Positions 1 to 9,171 of a stretch of 64,000 nt of DNA are shown in pieces (within the stretch, counting starts at the first letter, position 1; the number at the start of each line of letters is the position of its first letter). The position numbers were made by a program, and so were the translations under genes. This DNA comes from an uncultured Acidobacteriota bacterium. GTDB lineage: Bacteria > Acidobacteriota > UBA6911. The notes under the pieces are model-generated. The model had not been told where the DNA came from and did no database searches. It was given only the letters and a program-made list of their open reading frames with translations. The stretch covers positions 32,001 through 96,000 of the forward strand of contig CAWHCF010000017.1 of assembly GCA_963827655.1 (NCBI GenBank), in the 5' to 3' direction.

Positions 1-345
1 GACGATTCGTCGGCTCCCAGAATCACCCTGGAAGAGTTCAAGAGACTTCTCGAGTCTGACAGTATCGTCGTGTTGGACGTGCGCAGCCCGGAATCTTACC
101 GGGAAGGCCACATCCCCGGCGCGATCTCGATACCGAATGACGCGGTCGTTTCCCGCGTGAATGAGTTGAAGGGATTCAAGAAGCCGATTGTCACCTATTG
201 CAGTTGATCGGCCGAACAGACCAGCGCCCGTGCGGTGCTGACGCTGCAGAGCCTGGGAATCGGCAAGGCGAGCGCTCTCCTGGGGGGCTACCGCGCGTGG
301 CAAGCCGAAGGTAAACCCGTGGTCAAGGGCGACAAACCCAGGTAA
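1..345 (+). CDS. Rhodanese-domain protein, probable selenoprotein (CxU active-site loop); 5'-truncated by the window edge
   Basis: Frame +1 reads ...VVLDVRSPESYREGHIPGAISIP...KPIVTYCS-TGA(205-207)-SAEQTSARAVLTLQSLGIGKASALLGGYRAWQAEG...TAA(343-345). Rhodanese motifs continue on both sides of the in-frame TGA. Not in the ORF track. Confidence 0.85.
222..240 (+). promoter_or_regulatory. Candidate bacterial SECIS hairpin
   Basis: CAGCGCC(222-228) pairs with GGTGCTG(234-240) as a 7-bp stem with one G-U. The loop is CGTGC and begins 21 nt after the UGA. Confidence 0.65.
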
Positions 346-401
346 TTGAGAATTCCTCACCACCAATTAGGCGCAGCGCGCCAAGATTCGCCGAAGAGGG
401 G

Positions 402-1196
402 CTACTCGTAGTATTGCGCGATCGCTTCCAGCAGTGATTCAGTCGTGTTTTCGCGAGCCCGGATCTCGGGCTGCTTGCCCAAGGATTCCACGGTTCCGGC
501 TGTGATCGGTCCCAGAACCGCAACGTTTGCGGTTCGAAGGATGCGTTTCCCCTCCGGGTCGCCCATCAACTTCACAAAATTGCTCACGGTCAAGGAACTG
601 GTAAAGACGATCAGGTCCGGAACCTGGTTTAGAAGAGTGTTGAGGGTCGATTCCTCCACCTTGGGCAATACGCTCTCGTAGCAGGCCACAACATCGACCC
701 GCGCACCGGCGGACTCGAGGGCGCGCGGCAGCACATCCCGCCCTTCCTTCGCGCGGGGAATCAGGATATGCCGGCCGGCCAGATGTTCAAGTCCGCCATG
801 GAATTCGGTAAGCGCGCGGACAACGCCTTCGGCCACAAAATCGTCGGGAATCAAGTGGACTTCAACGCCGGCGTCCATCAAGGCCGCGGCGGTAGCAGGT
901 CCTACCGCGCAAACCTTTGGATTGCGCAAGCGCTCCATCGGGATACCTCGCTCGGTCATCCGCCGGAAGAAATAGTGCGCCCCGTAGGAGCTGGTGAAGA
1001 TGATCCAGGCGTATGCTTCGAGAACGTCCAGCGATGCATCGATAGGGTCGGTATCGCCGATTTCCTGGATTTTAATGGTCGGAAACGGGATGACTCGGGC
1101 GCCAAGCCGGGCGAGACCGGCGGACAGCCGGGTCGATTTCAGCTCGCTGGCGGTCAGAACCACGATCTTGTTTTCGAGCGGCAAGTGAGCGGTCAT
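402..1196 (-). CDS. hemD: Uroporphyrinogen-III synthase
   Basis: WIIFTSSYGA, AVGPATAAAL, IPRAKEGRDVL and VFTSSLTV motifs; lies downstream of hemC. Start taken at MTAHLPLENK. Confidence 0.93.
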   Translation of the reverse strand: MTAHLPLENKIVVLTASELKSTRLSAGLARLGARVIPFPTIKIQEIGDTDPIDASLDVLEAYAWIIFTSSYGAHYFFRRMTERGIPMERLRNPKVCAVGPATAAALMDAGVEVHLIPDDFVAEGVVRALTEFHGGLEHLAGRHILIPRAKEGRDVLPRALESAGARVDVVACYESVLPKVEESTLNTLLNQVPDLIVFTSSLTVSNFVKLMGDPEGKRILRTANVAVLGPITAGTVESLGKQPEIRARENTTESLLEAIAQYYE

Positions 1197-1209
1197 TCGA
1201 CCCACGAAG

Positions 1210-2124
1210 TCAAGCCGGACCCCGGAGAATCTCCTCACCTCCATCGGCGAGAATTTTATCCGCGAGCGATTGTGCGGCTTTTTCTGCAAGGTGTAGTGGT
1301 TGCGAGATCGATGCGCGAACAAACTTGCTGCCGTCCGGGGTTGAAACCAAGCCGTCGATTTCCAGGATCTTGTCTTCGAGACTTGCGTGGACGGCGATGG
1401 GGCTGTTGCATCCGCCCTTCAACCGGCGCAGGAAAGCCCGTTCCGCCAGCACGGCCGTGGCGGTAGGACGATGGTTCAGAAATGCGATCATTTCGGACAC
1501 TCGCTTGTCGTTTTTTCGCGTTTCGAGCCCCAGCGCTCCCTGGCCCGGCGCCGGCAGCATTTCGTTCAGCTCGAGACGAGCGCTGATGCGATCCTGCATC
1601 CCGAGACGATTGAGTCCCGCGCAGGCAAGAATGATGGCATCGTAGTTTCCATCGTCGAGTTTTCTCAAACGGGTGTCGACATTGCCGCGGATGTCGCGGA
1701 CCTTCAAATCAGGACGGGCGGCAAGGATCTGGGCCTGGCGGCGCACGCTCCCGGTCCCGACGACCGCGCCCGAAGGGAGGGCCTCCAGACTCTGGGCCCC
1801 GTTTCTGCTGATAAGCGCGTCGCGGGCATCCTCTCGGATGGGGATGGCGCTGATCTCCAGAGGACCTGGAATGGAAGTGGGCATATCTTTCATGCTGTGA
1901 ACGGCCAGGTCGATCTCCGCCGCCTCCAGGGCTTCCTCGATCTCTTTTACGAAGACCCCGCGGGCCGACCCGGATCGGATCGAGGCCTTTGCGTCTTGAT
2001 CGCCGGTGGTCTTGAAGATTTGGATCGTGACTTCGAGGTCAGAAAACCGGTCGAGGACTTGTCTTCTCACCCACTGGGCCTGGGCCTGGGCCAGCACGCT
2101 GCCGCGAGAACCGATCCTTAACAT
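1210..2124 (-). CDS. hemC: Hydroxymethylbilane synthase (porphobilinogen deaminase)
   Basis: LRIGSRGSVLA, GVFVKEIEEAL, AVHSMKDMP, IRGNVDTRL, PAPGQGAL and GGC motifs. Confidence 0.97.
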   Translation of the reverse strand: MLRIGSRGSVLAQAQAQWVRRQVLDRFSDLEVTIQIFKTTGDQDAKASIRSGSARGVFVKEIEEALEAAEIDLAVHSMKDMPTSIPGPLEISAIPIREDARDALISRNGAQSLEALPSGAVVGTGSVRRQAQILAARPDLKVRDIRGNVDTRLRKLDDGNYDAIILACAGLNRLGMQDRISARLELNEMLPAPGQGALGLETRKNDKRVSEMIAFLNHRPTATAVLAERAFLRRLKGGCNSPIAVHASLEDKILEIDGLVSTPDGSKFVRASISQPLHLAEKAAQSLADKILADGGEEILRGPA

Positions 2125-2137
2125 TGCAGATCTACTC

Positions 2138-2286
2138 GATTGCAGATTGCTGATTGCGGATTGCGGATTGCGGATTGCAGATTTTTACAAGCAAGAGTCA
2201 TCTGATTTTCCTGGTCTGCAATCGGAACCCCGACTATCCAGCAAATCCGGTTTTTCAATCCGCAATCCGCAATCTGAATTGCAATC
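2138..2286. repeat. Heptamer tandem repeats (GATTGCN)6 with a reverse-complement run (CGCAATC) in the hemA-hemC spacer
   Basis: Six GATTGC[A/T/G] units at 2138-2179; CAATC-CGCAATC-CGCAATC...TGCAATC at 2256-2286. Confidence 0.85.
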
Positions 2287-2288
2287 GG

Positions 2289-3569
2289 CTAGGTTTCGCT
2301 GTTTTTCTGCAACTTGAAAATACGCCTGATGGTGTCCAGATAGGCTTCATCGTGCAAGGAATCATGGCTCATGCTCTTCATTTGCGTGATGAGCGGGTGC
2401 GCGATTTTGCCCGCAATGCGCGATACCATCCACTCGAGCTCCTGCAGTTCCTTCTCACTGCGCGGGCCGGATCTTTTGAGATAGCGTTCGAGTTCCGCCT
2501 GGCAGATCTCTTCAATCCGGCGTTGAAGCTGTGCGACCACCGGGCTCCGGTCCAGCGAGCGCAGGCGGGCGCAGAAGGATTCCACCTCCTGTTCCACGAT
2601 CTTCTCGGCAAGAACCGCTTCCTTGCGCCGTTCCTGGAGGTTGGCGTCGACCACTGCGCCGAGATCATCGACGTTGTAGTAGAAAACATTATCGATCGTG
2701 CCCACCCGTGGATCGACATTCCGGGGGACTGAAATGTCGATGAACACAATAGGTTCATTCTTGCGCTGCATCATGACTTCTTCGGCCATCGGCCGGGCTA
2801 TGAGAATCTCCGGCGAGCCGGTCGAGGTAAGGACGACATCAGACAAAGATATCCACTTCATCAGGTTGTCGAAAGGAACGGCTTCACCCCTGAATTTTTG
2901 AGCCAGATCGTGCGCTGCCGCCGGGCTGCGATTGGCCACGCGGATAAGTTTGGCCCCGGCTCCTGCCAGATGGCGGACTGCGAGTTCCCCCATCTTACCG
3001 GCTCCGACGATCAGAATGGCGGCTTTTCGCAGCTCTCCGAGGATCTTGCGCGCGAGGTCGACGGCAGCCGAACTCACTGATACCGCGTAGTCTCCGATGC
3101 TGGTTTCAGAACGGACACGCTTGGCGGTGTGGAAAGCCGCCTGGAGCAACCCGTTGAGGTAGGTCCCCGTCGTGCCGGCCTCAACCGCGATGCTGTAAAA
3201 CGATTTCAACTGACCAAGGATCTGGGGCTCTCCCAGAATCATCGAGTCGAGCGAGCTGGCAACCCGGAAGACATGCCGGATGGCCTGATCATCGTGGTAA
3301 CGGTAAAGCTTCCGGGAGAGGTGCTCGCCGGTCAGACTGCTGGTTTCGCTCAGGAACGATTCGAGAGTCTCCAGTCCTTCAGGCTTTTTTTCAACCCGGG
3401 CAAGAAGTTCGACTCGATTGCATGTGGAGAAGATTATCACCTCCTCCACGCCGGGGCGTCCCGCCAGCCGGCGCAGAGCTTCAGGCAAACCCGATTCGTC
3501 GAAGGAGGCAAGCTCGCGCGTCTCCAGGCCGGCGGTCCGGTGATTGAGTCCAACCAAAAGGAGGTTCAA
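2289..3569 (-). CDS. hemA: Glutamyl-tRNA reductase
   Basis: VGLNHRTA, STCNRVE, SLDSMILGEPQILGQ, VGAGKMG and DISVPRNVD motifs. Probable TTG start at 3569; the ORF is open to 3650. Confidence 0.96.
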   Translation of the reverse strand: MNLLLVGLNHRTAGLETRELASFDESGLPEALRRLAGRPGVEEVIIFSTCNRVELLARVEKKPEGLETLESFLSETSSLTGEHLSRKLYRYHDDQAIRHVFRVASSLDSMILGEPQILGQLKSFYSIAVEAGTTGTYLNGLLQAAFHTAKRVRSETSIGDYAVSVSSAAVDLARKILGELRKAAILIVGAGKMGELAVRHLAGAGAKLIRVANRSPAAAHDLAQKFRGEAVPFDNLMKWISLSDVVLTSTGSPEILIARPMAEEVMMQRKNEPIVFIDISVPRNVDPRVGTIDNVFYYNVDDLGAVVDANLQERRKEAVLAEKIVEQEVESFCARLRSLDRSPVVAQLQRRIEEICQAELERYLKRSGPRSEKELQELEWMVSRIAGKIAHPLITQMKSMSHDSLHDEAYLDTIRRIFKLQKNSET

Positions 3570-3707
3570 AATCGAATTACCCGAAGAGGACTTGAGACGC
3601 CGCAGTTGTGAGCGGACCAGACCTGAGGCCGTCTCGACTGCCAATCGCATCGCGTCGCCGAAACAAACTCCAGCGGCGCCCTGCGGCGGCGCTCGCGTGT
3701 GCCATGA

Positions 3708-4514
3708 TCATAAATACGCGTGCAGGCTCCTGAACCAGCTCATGCTGAATGTAAAGAGCGCCGAAACAAAACCAACGATGCTGATGTACGCCGCTCGGCG
3801 GCCACGCCAGGACGAGGAGAGGCGGTATAGAACCAGGATCAGATAGATGGCCCAGGTGATCAGCGAGGTGGTCTGTTTCGGATCCCAGCTCCAAAAATGG
3901 CCCCAGGCTTGCTGGGCCCAGAACGCGCCAGTAATAATCGTAATACTCATGAGGACGAAGCCCGCAAAAAGCGATCGCCTCAACAGTTCATCGCAGACCT
4001 GTAATGAGGGCAACCTGAAATAGAAAAAGCGAAACTTCTTGGACTTCAGCTCTTTCTCCTGGATCAAATAGAGGACCCCTGAAATGAAGGTCAAGAAGAA
4101 GGCCGCATACGCCAGGAATGCCACGCTCCCGTGGAAATAGACCCAGTTGCTTTTCAGAATCGGCGGAATGGCGTGATTTTCCTCCCAGGCGAGCTCGGAC
4201 AGGATCATCAAGGAGGAAACCAGGGGCAAGACGAACGCACCGAGCACGTTGATCTTGTAGCGGAAGTAAGCCACGATAAAAGTCAGGGTAAGGCTCCAGG
4301 CAAAGAAACAAAGAGATTCCGGGAGGTTGGTAATGGGGAAGTGCCGGCGCTCGATCCCCAGGAGGATCAAGAAGGCAGTGTGGGAAGCAAACCCGGCGAC
4401 GACAAGTATCAACGCGAGATTGATGAATAGTTTCCGCTTTTGATAGAAACCGAACAGGGAATGGAGGAGGCCCACCGCATAGAGGGCCATTGTAATCTGC
4501 AAGACCCAAGCCAT
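3708..4514 (-). CDS. ccsA: Cytochrome c biogenesis protein CcsA/HemX-like
   Basis: Multi-pass membrane protein with the WWD motif GAFWAQQAWGHFWSWDPKQ and a C-terminal SLHAY; directly upstream of hemA. Confidence 0.9.
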   Translation of the reverse strand: MAWVLQITMALYAVGLLHSLFGFYQKRKLFINLALILVVAGFASHTAFLILLGIERRHFPITNLPESLCFFAWSLTLTFIVAYFRYKINVLGAFVLPLVSSLMILSELAWEENHAIPPILKSNWVYFHGSVAFLAYAAFFLTFISGVLYLIQEKELKSKKFRFFYFRLPSLQVCDELLRRSLFAGFVLMSITIITGAFWAQQAWGHFWSWDPKQTTSLITWAIYLILVLYRLSSSWRGRRAAYISIVGFVSALFTFSMSWFRSLHAYL

Positions 4515-4611
4515 GGAGATGACTCAAGAAGTCAAAATGTTAACACTTGCGCTGGACCACTCCAACCGAAAAGGTTCTTCGCGGCTTCCTGTCTTTAAAG
4601 GCCACCCCTAA

Positions 4612-4755
4612 GGGTTCGTGCAGAAATAAGTTCGCATTCTGCTGCGCCCCAGGCCCGACGGGGCGCGATCCTCAGCGTGCTTAGCGAACAGAAACCGGTT
4701 CATGATTAACCACCGACTCTCGCGCCAGAATGTGAAGTTATTTCTGCGCGAGCCC
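4612..4755. mobile_element. MITE copy 1 (144 bp, about 30-bp imperfect TIRs, TAA flanks)
   Basis: Left end GGGTTCGTGCAGAAATAAGTTCGCATTCTG; right end CAGAATGTGAAGTTATTTCTGCGCGAGCCC; TAA on both sides; closely similar copy at 28836-28984. Confidence 0.85.
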
Positions 4756-4836
4756 TAAGACGCGAAGACGCTAAGAAACACAAAGAAGGTGTGCTATAGT
4801 TTCGTTTTTTTTCAGTCATCCCGGAGCGCCGCGCGG

Positions 4837-5532
4837 GTGGATTTTATTCAGAGAATCGACATTGCGACTTTACTCATTCAATTTGCGGTTCTTCTCTTCT
4901 CGCTGAGCATTCACGAAGCATCCCATGCCTGGGTGGCCGACCGATTCGGCGACTACACCGCCAGGTATTTGGGGCGGGTGACGCTAAACCCAGTGGCCCA
5001 CATCGATCCGATCGGCACCCTGCTGTTTCCGATTATTGCGATTGTGACCGGCCTTCCCCTTATTGGCTGGGCAAAACCGGTACCGGTAAACTCGGTACAT
5101 CTCTCGAATCCTCGGCGGGACCAGATCTATATCTCGCTCGCCGGCCCGGCTTCCAACCTGCTGGCGGCCGCGGCCGCCTTCGCCTTTCTTGCGGCAATAA
5201 AGTTTGCATCCACTCACGCTGGCGCTCTGGTCGACAATATGGTGATTACGATGAGAATCCCGAGTGAGAAATCGGCACTGGCGCCAATCCTCGGGATGCT
5301 GTTCTTCATCGCGCTTATGAATCTTGCGCTTGCTCTTTTTAACGTTATCCCTATTCCCCCTCTGGACGGGCACTGGGTGCTCTACGGGTTACTCCCCTCT
5401 GGGGCCGCCCAGATCATGGACCGCATGAGCTCCTACGGAATTCTGATACTTTGGGGATTGATGCTTTTCGGGGCATTCAACTTCATTTTCGAATGGCCCC
5501 GGAATGTGCTGGGCCTTTTGTATTATCTTTAA
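4837..5532 (+). CDS. Site-2 protease family (peptidase M50) protein
   Basis: HEASH zinc motif, TLNPVAHIDP, LAGPASN and FNVIPIPPLDG; hydrophobic. Confidence 0.93.
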   Translation: MDFIQRIDIATLLIQFAVLLFSLSIHEASHAWVADRFGDYTARYLGRVTLNPVAHIDPIGTLLFPIIAIVTGLPLIGWAKPVPVNSVHLSNPRRDQIYISLAGPASNLLAAAAAFAFLAAIKFASTHAGALVDNMVITMRIPSEKSALAPILGMLFFIALMNLALALFNVIPIPPLDGHWVLYGLLPSGAAQIMDRMSSYGILILWGLMLFGAFNFIFEWPRNVLGLLYYL

Positions 5533-5538
5533 GAGTCT

Positions 5539-6294
5539 ATGGACAGTAACAATCTGCTCGATTCCCAAGGCGAATCGTCGACGGCATCGACCATCACGAT
5601 CAAGTTGGATGGCTTCGAGGGTCCGCTCGATCTTCTGCTTCATCTACTTAAACGAGAGGAGATCGATATCTGGAATATTCCCATTGCCCGCATCACAGAG
5701 CAATACCTGGAATATCTCCAGCTCATGAAGGACCTGAATATTAACGTTGCGGGCGAGTGGCTGGTGATGGCGGCTACTCTGATTCACATCAAGTCGCGAA
5801 TGCTTCTGCCCCCAGATCCCGTGGCGGCCGCGCCCGAAGCGTCGGATGATCCCCGGACCGACCTGGTCTACCAGCTTCTGGAACACCAGAAATTCAAGAA
5901 TGCGGCTCAGATGCTTTACACCCGAGAAGAAGTGGAGAACGCGGTTTGGAGCAGTCCCCCTCGTGAAGTACTGGAAGGCGAGAAGGACGTCGTTGCCGTC
6001 AGCCTGTTCGATCTGTTGAAGGCGTTTCACGACATTGTGAAGCGTTTCGAAGCGCAGCGCGCTCTGGAACTGGGGGGAGAGGAGGTTTCCATCGATGAGA
6101 AAATCGCCGAAATCAGGCGCCTTCTTCTGATACACGACAGCATGGTGTTTTCCGCATTCTTCGCTCGATCTCCGTCAAAACACCACCTGATTGTGACGTT
6201 CCTCGCGCTGCTCGAACTGGTAAGACTGCACGAAATCTGGCTTTATCAACTCAAATCCTTCGACGAAATCCACATCAGCAAAGGGAAACGGTAG
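5539..6294 (+). CDS. scpA: Segregation and condensation protein A
   Basis: FEGPLDLLLHL, AATLIHIKSRMLLP and TFLALLELV motifs. Confidence 0.95.
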   Translation: MDSNNLLDSQGESSTASTITIKLDGFEGPLDLLLHLLKREEIDIWNIPIARITEQYLEYLQLMKDLNINVAGEWLVMAATLIHIKSRMLLPPDPVAAAPEASDDPRTDLVYQLLEHQKFKNAAQMLYTREEVENAVWSSPPREVLEGEKDVVAVSLFDLLKAFHDIVKRFEAQRALELGGEEVSIDEKIAEIRRLLLIHDSMVFSAFFARSPSKHHLIVTFLALLELVRLHEIWLYQLKSFDEIHISKGKR

Positions 6295-6309
6295 GGACTC
6301 CCCAAAGCT

Positions 6310-6867
6310 GTGTCCCGCCCAATGAATATGGAAGTTGATGAGCTGCTACCGATACTCGAAGCGATCATCTACGTCGCGGATCAGCCGGTTAAACGCGATC
6401 AGTTCAGAGAGATTCTGCCGGACGAAAGCTCCGACAAGATCGAGTTGGCGCTGGCCAAGCTGATGGATGAATTCAACTCGCGGCCCGGAGGAATGATCAT
6501 TCGCGAGGTGGCCGGCGGTCTCAAAATGACGACGCGTCCTGAGTATCACGAGCACGTGCGCGCGTATCTGAAAACAAAGCCGAGCGCGAAACTTTCGATG
6601 GCATCCCTTGAAACTCTGGCCGTGGTTGCCTACAGGCAACCCGTTACGCTAGCCGAGATCCTCGCAATTCGCGGCAAGAAATCATCCACTGCGCTCAATA
6701 CTCTTCTGGAAAAAAAGCTGGTTGCGATTGTTGGGCGCAAGCCTGTGGTCGGCAGGCCGATTCTCTATGGTACCTCGCGCGAGTTCCTGATTCATTTTGG
6801 CCTGAAGGATCTTTCAGATTTGCCCACTCTGGAAGAGTTTGCGGAAATTGCCGGCGAGCGGCTGTGA
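6310..6867 (+). CDS. scpB: Segregation and condensation protein B
   Basis: LETLAVVAYRQPVT and GRPILYGTSREFLIHFGLKDLSDLP; follows scpA. Confidence 0.95.
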   Translation: MSRPMNMEVDELLPILEAIIYVADQPVKRDQFREILPDESSDKIELALAKLMDEFNSRPGGMIIREVAGGLKMTTRPEYHEHVRAYLKTKPSAKLSMASLETLAVVAYRQPVTLAEILAIRGKKSSTALNTLLEKKLVAIVGRKPVVGRPILYGTSREFLIHFGLKDLSDLPTLEEFAEIAGERL

Positions 6868-7596
6868 GTGATGGCCGAGCGACTTCAGAAGATAATCTCT
6901 GCAGCCGGACTAGCGTCGCGCCGCAAGGCCGAGGTTCTGATCATGGACGGGAGGGTCACCGTCAACGGCGAGCTTGTCAGGAAACTGGGAACCAAGGCTG
7001 ACCCTTTCCGAGACCACATCAAGGTCGATGGCAAGTTGATACGGCAACTCCCGCCGAAGGTCTATTTGCTGCTCAACAAGCCGCGGGGAGTGATCTCTTC
7101 CGTGGCAGACCCGCAGGGCCGCGTCAAGGTCACCGATCTGGTGAAAACCAAGGAAAGAGTCTATCCTGTAGGACGTCTTGATTATGATACTGAAGGATTA
7201 ATCCTTCTCACCAATGACGGCGGCTTTGCGCGCATCGTGAGCAGCGCCGGCGCGCACATCTCGAAGGTGTATCATGTGAAGGTCAAAGGCAAGCCCGAAG
7301 TGGCTTCATTGACGCGGCTCAAGGAAGGGCTGCCGCTGAAGGATGGTCGACACCTCGCTCCTTCAAAGATTCGGACCTTGCGGGAAGGAAGCAATAGCTG
7401 GTACGAGGTTACGCTGACTCAAGGCAAGAACCAGCAGATTCGCAAGATGTTTGAGGCGGTTGGCCACAGGGTCCTCAAGCTGCGGCGCGTTGCCATAGGA
7501 TTCCTTACCGGATCAGGGCTTGAGGTGGGCGCTTACCGGCGGCTGAATGAGCGAGAAGTTGCCCGCATCTTAAGACTGGGCCGGCAGCTCGATTGA
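6868..7596 (+). CDS. rluB: rRNA pseudouridine synthase (RluB/RsuA family)
   Basis: S4 domain ERLQKIISAAGLASRRKAE, catalytic VGRLDYDTEGL, and GKNQQIRKM. Confidence 0.9.
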   Translation: MMAERLQKIISAAGLASRRKAEVLIMDGRVTVNGELVRKLGTKADPFRDHIKVDGKLIRQLPPKVYLLLNKPRGVISSVADPQGRVKVTDLVKTKERVYPVGRLDYDTEGLILLTNDGGFARIVSSAGAHISKVYHVKVKGKPEVASLTRLKEGLPLKDGRHLAPSKIRTLREGSNSWYEVTLTQGKNQQIRKMFEAVGHRVLKLRRVAIGFLTGSGLEVGAYRRLNEREVARILRLGRQLD

Positions 7597-7787
7597 CTTT
7601 GAGGTCTCAACTGCTCCAGGTACGTCACGTATTGCGACAGTACTTGGGTTCGATACGATTCTGCGCAGCTCCAGCGCTGCAGCAGCGAATGCACGCTGGG
7701 TCAGGCAGCTACATCTGCGCCGCAGACGATCGCACTCGTGCGCGCGCAGGGCTTGCAGAGAAGCAGTACTCCGAGCACGGCAGGAGT

Positions 7788-8435
7788 ATGTTTACCGGGA
7801 TTATTGAGGAGACCGGCGCCGTCCAACGTTTGAGTGTCGGTTCGCAGGGCGCAACTCTCACGATCGCCGGGGCGAGCATCATACCCGGCATGAAGCCTGG
7901 GGACTCCGTAGCCGTGAACGGTGTTTGCCTGACCGTGACTGAATGCAACTCCGGGATGTTTTCCTGCGATCTTTCCGCCGAGACCCTTGAACGCACTACG
8001 CTGCGCTGTCTCACTCCGGGGTTGGCGGTTAACCTGGAACGACCGTTGGCGTTCGGCGATCGTCTGGGCGGACATTTTGTCATGGGACACGTGGATGCGG
8101 TAGGAAGCCTGATTTCCAGGAAGCCCTCCGGAGAGGGTTCGATAATGTTTTTCGGTTATCCGACGGAGTTGGAACGATACCTTGTTTATAAAGGCTCCGT
8201 CGCGGTAGATGGCATAAGCCTTACGATCGCTTCACTCGGCCAACGCTGCTTCAGCGTCGCGATTATTCCTCATACTCTGGACGCGACCAATCTTCGCGAT
8301 TTGAGACCGGGAGCCTCGGTGAACCTCGAAGTCGATCTACTCGGAAAATACCTGGAGCGATTTTTTCACCTCGGCCTCACCGGAAAACCCTCTGCGAGTT
8401 TGACCGAGGAGTATCTCAAGGAGCAGGGATTCTGA
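7788..8435 (+). CDS. ribE: Riboflavin synthase (alpha chain)
   Basis: MFTGIIEE start preceded by AGGAG; GDSVAVNGVCLT, VNLERPL, GGHFVMGHVD and KGSVAVDGISLT motifs. Confidence 0.96.
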   Translation: MFTGIIEETGAVQRLSVGSQGATLTIAGASIIPGMKPGDSVAVNGVCLTVTECNSGMFSCDLSAETLERTTLRCLTPGLAVNLERPLAFGDRLGGHFVMGHVDAVGSLISRKPSGEGSIMFFGYPTELERYLVYKGSVAVDGISLTIASLGQRCFSVAIIPHTLDATNLRDLRPGASVNLEVDLLGKYLERFFHLGLTGKPSASLTEEYLKEQGF

Positions 8436-9079
8436 TGCTAGGACGCACCAACGTGATGGCGCTCAGTATCCTGGTGTTCCTTGGTTGCGCGGCTGGGGCC
8501 GAGGCGCCCATTCCTCCCTTTGGGCGCGACACCGTCCTGGTCTGGAAAGTAACCAACGAAGGCGACACTGACGCCGGGACCTTCGTGGTGCGCATCGCCG
8601 AGTTTCTTCCCAATCGCTTTATCGAATGGGAAAATGCGCAGACGCAGGGTACGATTTTCATGTCGCACGATGCCGTGACCAAGTCCCGGGTTTTCGTCAA
8701 CGCGCGTCTTTTCGAGGCGGGGGTCGATAGCAAAGGCAAGGACTCCACGACTCTCTGGCTGAGCCAACGGGTCTTCCGAGAACTGAAAGCGAAGGGGAGA
8801 GTAAAACTCGCGATTGATTCGCTCGATGGTTGGATGACTCTCGAAGGGAGTGAGCAGATTCAGGTCGAGGTGAACAAAGTTCCGACGGAAGTGCCGGTGG
8901 TCAAGGTAAAGGACGACCGCGGCATGGAGCGGTGGTTCTTAGACCTGGAAGAAAACCCGTTGATGGTAAAGCACAGTTATCGCGCCTACAGCCAGACTCT
9001 CAAGAGCATAACCACCGATCGCCCTAACACGTTGCGATGGATCAAGGGGAAGAAGCTTGGTCGAGGTGGAAGCTTCTAG
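8435..9079 (+). CDS. Hypothetical exported protein
   Basis: Hydrophobic N-terminus; TGATG overlap with ribE; no recognised motif. Confidence 0.7.
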   Translation: MLGRTNVMALSILVFLGCAAGAEAPIPPFGRDTVLVWKVTNEGDTDAGTFVVRIAEFLPNRFIEWENAQTQGTIFMSHDAVTKSRVFVNARLFEAGVDSKGKDSTTLWLSQRVFRELKAKGRVKLAIDSLDGWMTLEGSEQIQVEVNKVPTEVPVVKVKDDRGMERWFLDLEENPLMVKHSYRAYSQTLKSITTDRPNTLRWIKGKKLGRGGSF

Positions 9080-9171
9080 AGGCGCTCCTGAACTCGTACA
9101 CCTCTTTTTTCCTTGTCGTGCGGGGCAAAACAAGAACACAAAAGCTGCCCGACGCCCAGCCGGCGTATCGA

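Noticed and set aside
7597-7787. FMN riboswitch upstream of ribE (also checked upstream of ribB and ribA)
   Set aside because: The conserved RFN blocks (AGGGCGGGGTGAAATTCCC...AGTCTGGATGGGAG) are not present.
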